In this document: positions 18,470 through 20,000 of the stretch, in pieces | Layout of the letters: every line of letters begins with the position of its first letter | Numbering within the stretch: the first letter of the stretch is position 1 | NCBI GenBank assembly: GCA_963848135.1 | Contig: CAWKCK010000001.1 | Span: 244,175 to 264,174 of the forward strand | Length of the DNA stretch: 20,000 nucleotides | Origin: an uncultured delta proteobacterium | Lineage (GTDB): Bacteria; Desulfobacterota; Desulfobacteria; Desulfobacterales; SG8-13 | Direction: 5' to 3' | Made by a program: the position numbers and the translations under genes | Notes under the pieces: model-generated | Seen by the model: only the letters and a program-made list of their open reading frames with translations | What the model was told of the DNA's origin: nothing | Databases searched by the model: none

Positions 18470-20000
18470 ATGAATACATCTAAGATCAAATCATATGCAA
18501 TTCAAGCACGCAGGGATTTCTTAAAGGCAGTAACCGAACGGGCAAATGCCTATGGTATTTTTGCTGATGATCATATCGAGCCAATAGAGTTTAAGGGTGA
18601 TATGGCAATTATCGGTGAGCGTGCTTTCACAAAAAAAGAAGGTGAACTGCGGGAAAAGCTTGTGGAGCGTATAAAAAGAGACGGTTTCACGATGGTAATG
18701 CGGTCTTGCGCTTACACATGGTTTAATCGGTTTGTAGCTCTTAGATATATGGAGATCCACGGTTATCTGGAGCATGGTTATCGAGTTCTAAGTAATAGCG
18801 CAGGTTCAGTCACTCCTGAAATCCTGGAACATGCTGCTGATATTGAATTTCAGGGTCTTGATAAGGATAAAGTTATTGAACTCAAATTGGCTGGCACTAA
18901 GGATAATGAATTATACCGCCTTTTGATTCTTGCACAATGTGATGACCTGCATAAATCCATGCCTTTCTTGTTTGACCGAATTGATAACGAGACCGAGTTG
19001 TTGCTTCCTGATAACCTGCTCCATTCAGATTCCCCTATACGAAAATTGGTCACTGAAATTGATGAATCAGATTGGGATGATGTGGAAATCATTGGATGGA
19101 TCTATCAGTTTTATATTTCTGAACGCAAAGATGAGGTGATTGGAAAAGTTGTAAAAAGTGAGGATATACCAGCGGCTACACAGCTATTTACTCCCAACTG
19201 GATCGTAAAATACATGGTTCATAATACCTTGGGAGGATGTGGCTGGCCACATATCCTGACTCTCCATTAAGAGATAAAATGGAGTATTACATTGAACCAG
19301 CTGAGCAGGAACCCGAAGTTCAAAAGCAACTTGATGAGATTACGCCAAAAGAATTGAATCCTGAAGAGATCACATTTCTTAGACCCTGCATGTGGATCAG
19401 GTCATATCCTTGTTGAAGCATACGAATTTTTAAAGAGATCTATTTAGAACGAGGATATCGAACACGTGATATTCCTAGGTTGATCTGGAAAAGAATATTT
19501 TTGGATTGGATATTTGTGATCGAGCGGCGCAGCTTGCTTGTTTTGCGGTCTTAATGAAATCAAGGGAAGATGACCGGAGAATATTGGATCGGGAATAATC
19601 TGAAGTTGAATGTGATGGCGATTCAGGAGACAAGTTCCGTCAGATTAAGAAATATAGAGCTGTTTTTCAAGGGAGATGAATATAAAATCATAAGAGAGTG
19701 ACTTAAATGAAATCGTTTCATTGTTTGAAAAAGGCAAAACATTCGGATCTCTGATCACTGTACCGGATCATCTTGTTCAAAGGATGGAAAGTGTTAGAAA
19801 GACAGTTGATGATAAGATTGGCAAATGGATTTCGCAAAGCGATGTTCAGAATTTGACTAGCCTTGGTAAAACAGGCGCAAGTTTTGGCACGAAAGTATGA
19901 TTGTGTAGTGACTAATCCACCCTTATATGGGAACAAAGGATACTGAATTCAAAACTTAAATATTTCGCAAAAAACAATTTTCCTAATAGCAAATCTGATT
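18470..20000 (+). CDS. pglX: BREX adenine methyltransferase PglX/BrxX (partial, runs off the right edge; many indels after ~19232)
   Basis: [53 protein letters not shown]-binding DPACGSGH at 19382-19405; catalytic NPPY near 19914-19926 (interrupted by one extra C). Confidence 0.92.

Overview
Accessory/defence-island-like bacterial window. Left to right: the 5' part of an RNase J-like MBL-fold hydrolase (minus strand, runs off the left edge); a frameshifted IS256-family element; two direct-orientation, diverged copies of an IS110-family (IS1111-type layout) element flanking an SRPBCC gene and a class III nucleotide cyclase-TolB_N-TPR gene; a 1.4 kb non-coding stretch with a possible transposon end, an IHF-like site, a long hairpin and a MITE-like structured element; a second, membrane-anchored cyclase-TPR gene; two paralogous lipoproteins; a small hypothetical gene; and the first four genes of a type 1 BREX system (brxA-brxB-brxC-pglX, running off the right edge). 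Many genes carry single-base indels that look like uncorrected long-read errors. Strongest observation: the predicted bridge/seek RNA guides of the two IS110 copies differ, and each matches its own insertion flank, suggesting natural re-targeting. A TG core and a circle-junction promoter can also be reconstructed. Second: both cyclases carry an unusual Asp/Arg pair at the two nucleobase-specificity positions. All family calls come from motif recognition by eye, not database searches.
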